In this document: positions 62,420-64,000 of the stretch, piece by piece
How positions within the stretch are numbered: the first letter of the stretch is position 1
Layout: every line of letters begins with the position of its first letter
Assembly (NCBI GenBank): GCA_951406725.2
Contig: OX597837.1
Coordinates: 41,726,001-41,790,000 of the forward strand
Length of the DNA stretch: 64,000 nucleotides
Source: Octopus vulgaris
Lineage: Eukaryota
Direction: 5' to 3'
Notes under the pieces: model-generated
Databases searched by the model: none
What the model saw: the letters and a program-made list of their open reading frames with translations, nothing else
Told to the model about the DNA's origin: nothing
Position numbers and translations under genes: made by a program

Positions 62420-63008
62420 CACTAGACATTGTGCCAGCTTGCTGCCTTAATGATGATGATGATAATCCTTTCTAATATAGGCACAGGGCCTGAAATTTTG
62501 TTGGGTGGGGGTCTAGTTGTTTACATCAGCCCTTGTACTCAACTGTTATTTATTTTGTTGTCTCCAAAAAGATGAAAGGCTGAGTCGACCTCAACAGAAT
62601 TTGAACTCAGAACGTGAAGTCAGACAAAATACTTAGTAACATTATGTCAGGCATGCTAACGATTCTGCCAACCCATCCCCTAAATGATATAATAATTGTA
62701 TCCCAGGCGCAGGGCCTGGAGTTTTGGGGTGAGGAGAAGAGTCGATTACATCTGTCTTGGGGGCTCAACTGGTACTTAATGTTATTGACCCTGGAGGGCA
62801 AAGTTGTATATCAGCGATAATTAGTCATCATCAACATTCAATGTTGGTTTTCCATGCTGGCATGGGTTGGACAGCTCAACCGGAACAGGCAAGGCCTGGG
62901 CACACAGCAGGTTCCATAGTCTGTTTTGGCAGGGTTTCTAAGTCTGGATGCCAACCACTTGGTGTGTACTCAGTGCTTTTTATGTGACACCATCACCATT
63001 CCTTTTTA

Positions 63009-63375
63009 CGTGGCACCGGTGCTTTCTGCATGGCACCATCACCGTTGCATTTTATGTGGCACCATCACCATTACTTTTTACGTGGCACCATCACCGTTGC
63101 TTTTGACATGGCACCATCATTGTTGCTTTTTACATGGCACCATCACCGTTGCTTTTGACATGGCACCATCATTGTTGCTTTTTACGTGGCACCATCACCG
63201 TTGCTTTTGACATGGCACCATCATTGTTGCTTTTGATGTGGCACCATCACCATGGCTTTTTACGTGGCACCATCACCGTTGCCTTTGACGTGGCACCATC
63301 ACCATTGCTTTTGACGTGGCACCATCACCGTTGCTTTTGACGTGGCACCATCACCATTGCTTTTTACATGGCACC
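63009..63375. repeat. 26-bp minisatellite, about 14 copies, inside a SINE family 3 copy
   Basis: Unit (g/a)tggcaccatcaccgttgcttttgac, head to tail; related to the reverse complement of tggcacgtaaaagcacc. Confidence 0.9.
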
Positions 63376-64000
63376 TTGTTCTTAGAATATCAATTTTGTT
63401 GCACCTCTAAGAAGTCGGTGTATTAGGAAATTCTTGAGATTTCAGAGAATATGTACTATTGCAGGCCAGCAATCATGGAATCTGAGAGACCAGGGCTGGG
63501 ACCATCCAAAGTAAGAACAATCTTGGCTGTGTGGGTGAGAGGTTTGCTTCCCAACCACATGGTTCTGGGTTCAGTCCCACTGCATGGCAAACTGGACGAG
63601 TGTCTTCTATAGCCCCAGGATGACCAAAGCTTTGTGAGTGGATTTCATTGACGGAAACTAAAAGAAGCAAACTGTGTATGTGTGTACATATATGTGTATG
63701 TATGAGTGTTCTGTTGCCTTATCTCGAAATTGCATGCTAGCTGTAAATGAGTGTCACCATCATACAAACAGTGTCCTTTTTTTTGCCTGTCCTTCATGCC
63801 CATAAAATGCTTGCCTCAACAAATTGTCTGACTCATATAAACACGATAAAGTTGACAATAATGTAACCACCCACCTTTTGTTTTTGACAGAATGCTATTT
63901 GAGTGAAATTTCACTGCTATTTCTAGCAGATTTACTGACTGTGTAGAAGGATCACTCACACTTCTTCGAATAAACTGCCATTCCATTCTTGTATTCAATG

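Noticed and set aside
63009-63375. CRISPR-like array
   Set aside because: Units are head to tail with no unique spacers, there are no cas genes, and the context is eukaryotic.

Overview
AT-rich, microsatellite-rich animal DNA. The SINE repertoire looks octopod, so this is probably an Octopus genome (inference). There are three zones. (1) 1-12.4 kb: the last seven coding exons of PrimPol on the + strand. All have GT-AG sites with consistent phases and carry the SxH motif, motif III, the C-H-C-C zinc finger and an acidic RPA-binding-type tail. The introns hold SINEs, MITEs, a mariner relic and a non-autonomous Helitron. (2) About 12.8-57.9 kb: an almost spacer-free mosaic of coding fragments from many unrelated transposons. 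These include several Penelope-like families, three or more Ty3/Gypsy LTR families, CR1-like, RTE and L1/Tx1 LINEs, two piggyBac families, hAT and Helitron. Nearly all fragments read on the minus strand from 12.8 to 49.9 kb and on the plus strand from 49.9 to 57.9 kb. Many are internally deleted, fused to one another or locally re-duplicated, and SINEs are almost absent. The best interpretation is a flamenco-like, strand-polarised transposon archive (candidate piRNA/siRNA cluster) directly downstream of PrimPol; this is untested. (3) 58-64 kb: ordinary SINE/MITE-rich DNA that begins with two near-canonical hammerhead ribozymes. Mosaic boundaries are approximate and were read by eye; family letters A-E are my own labels.
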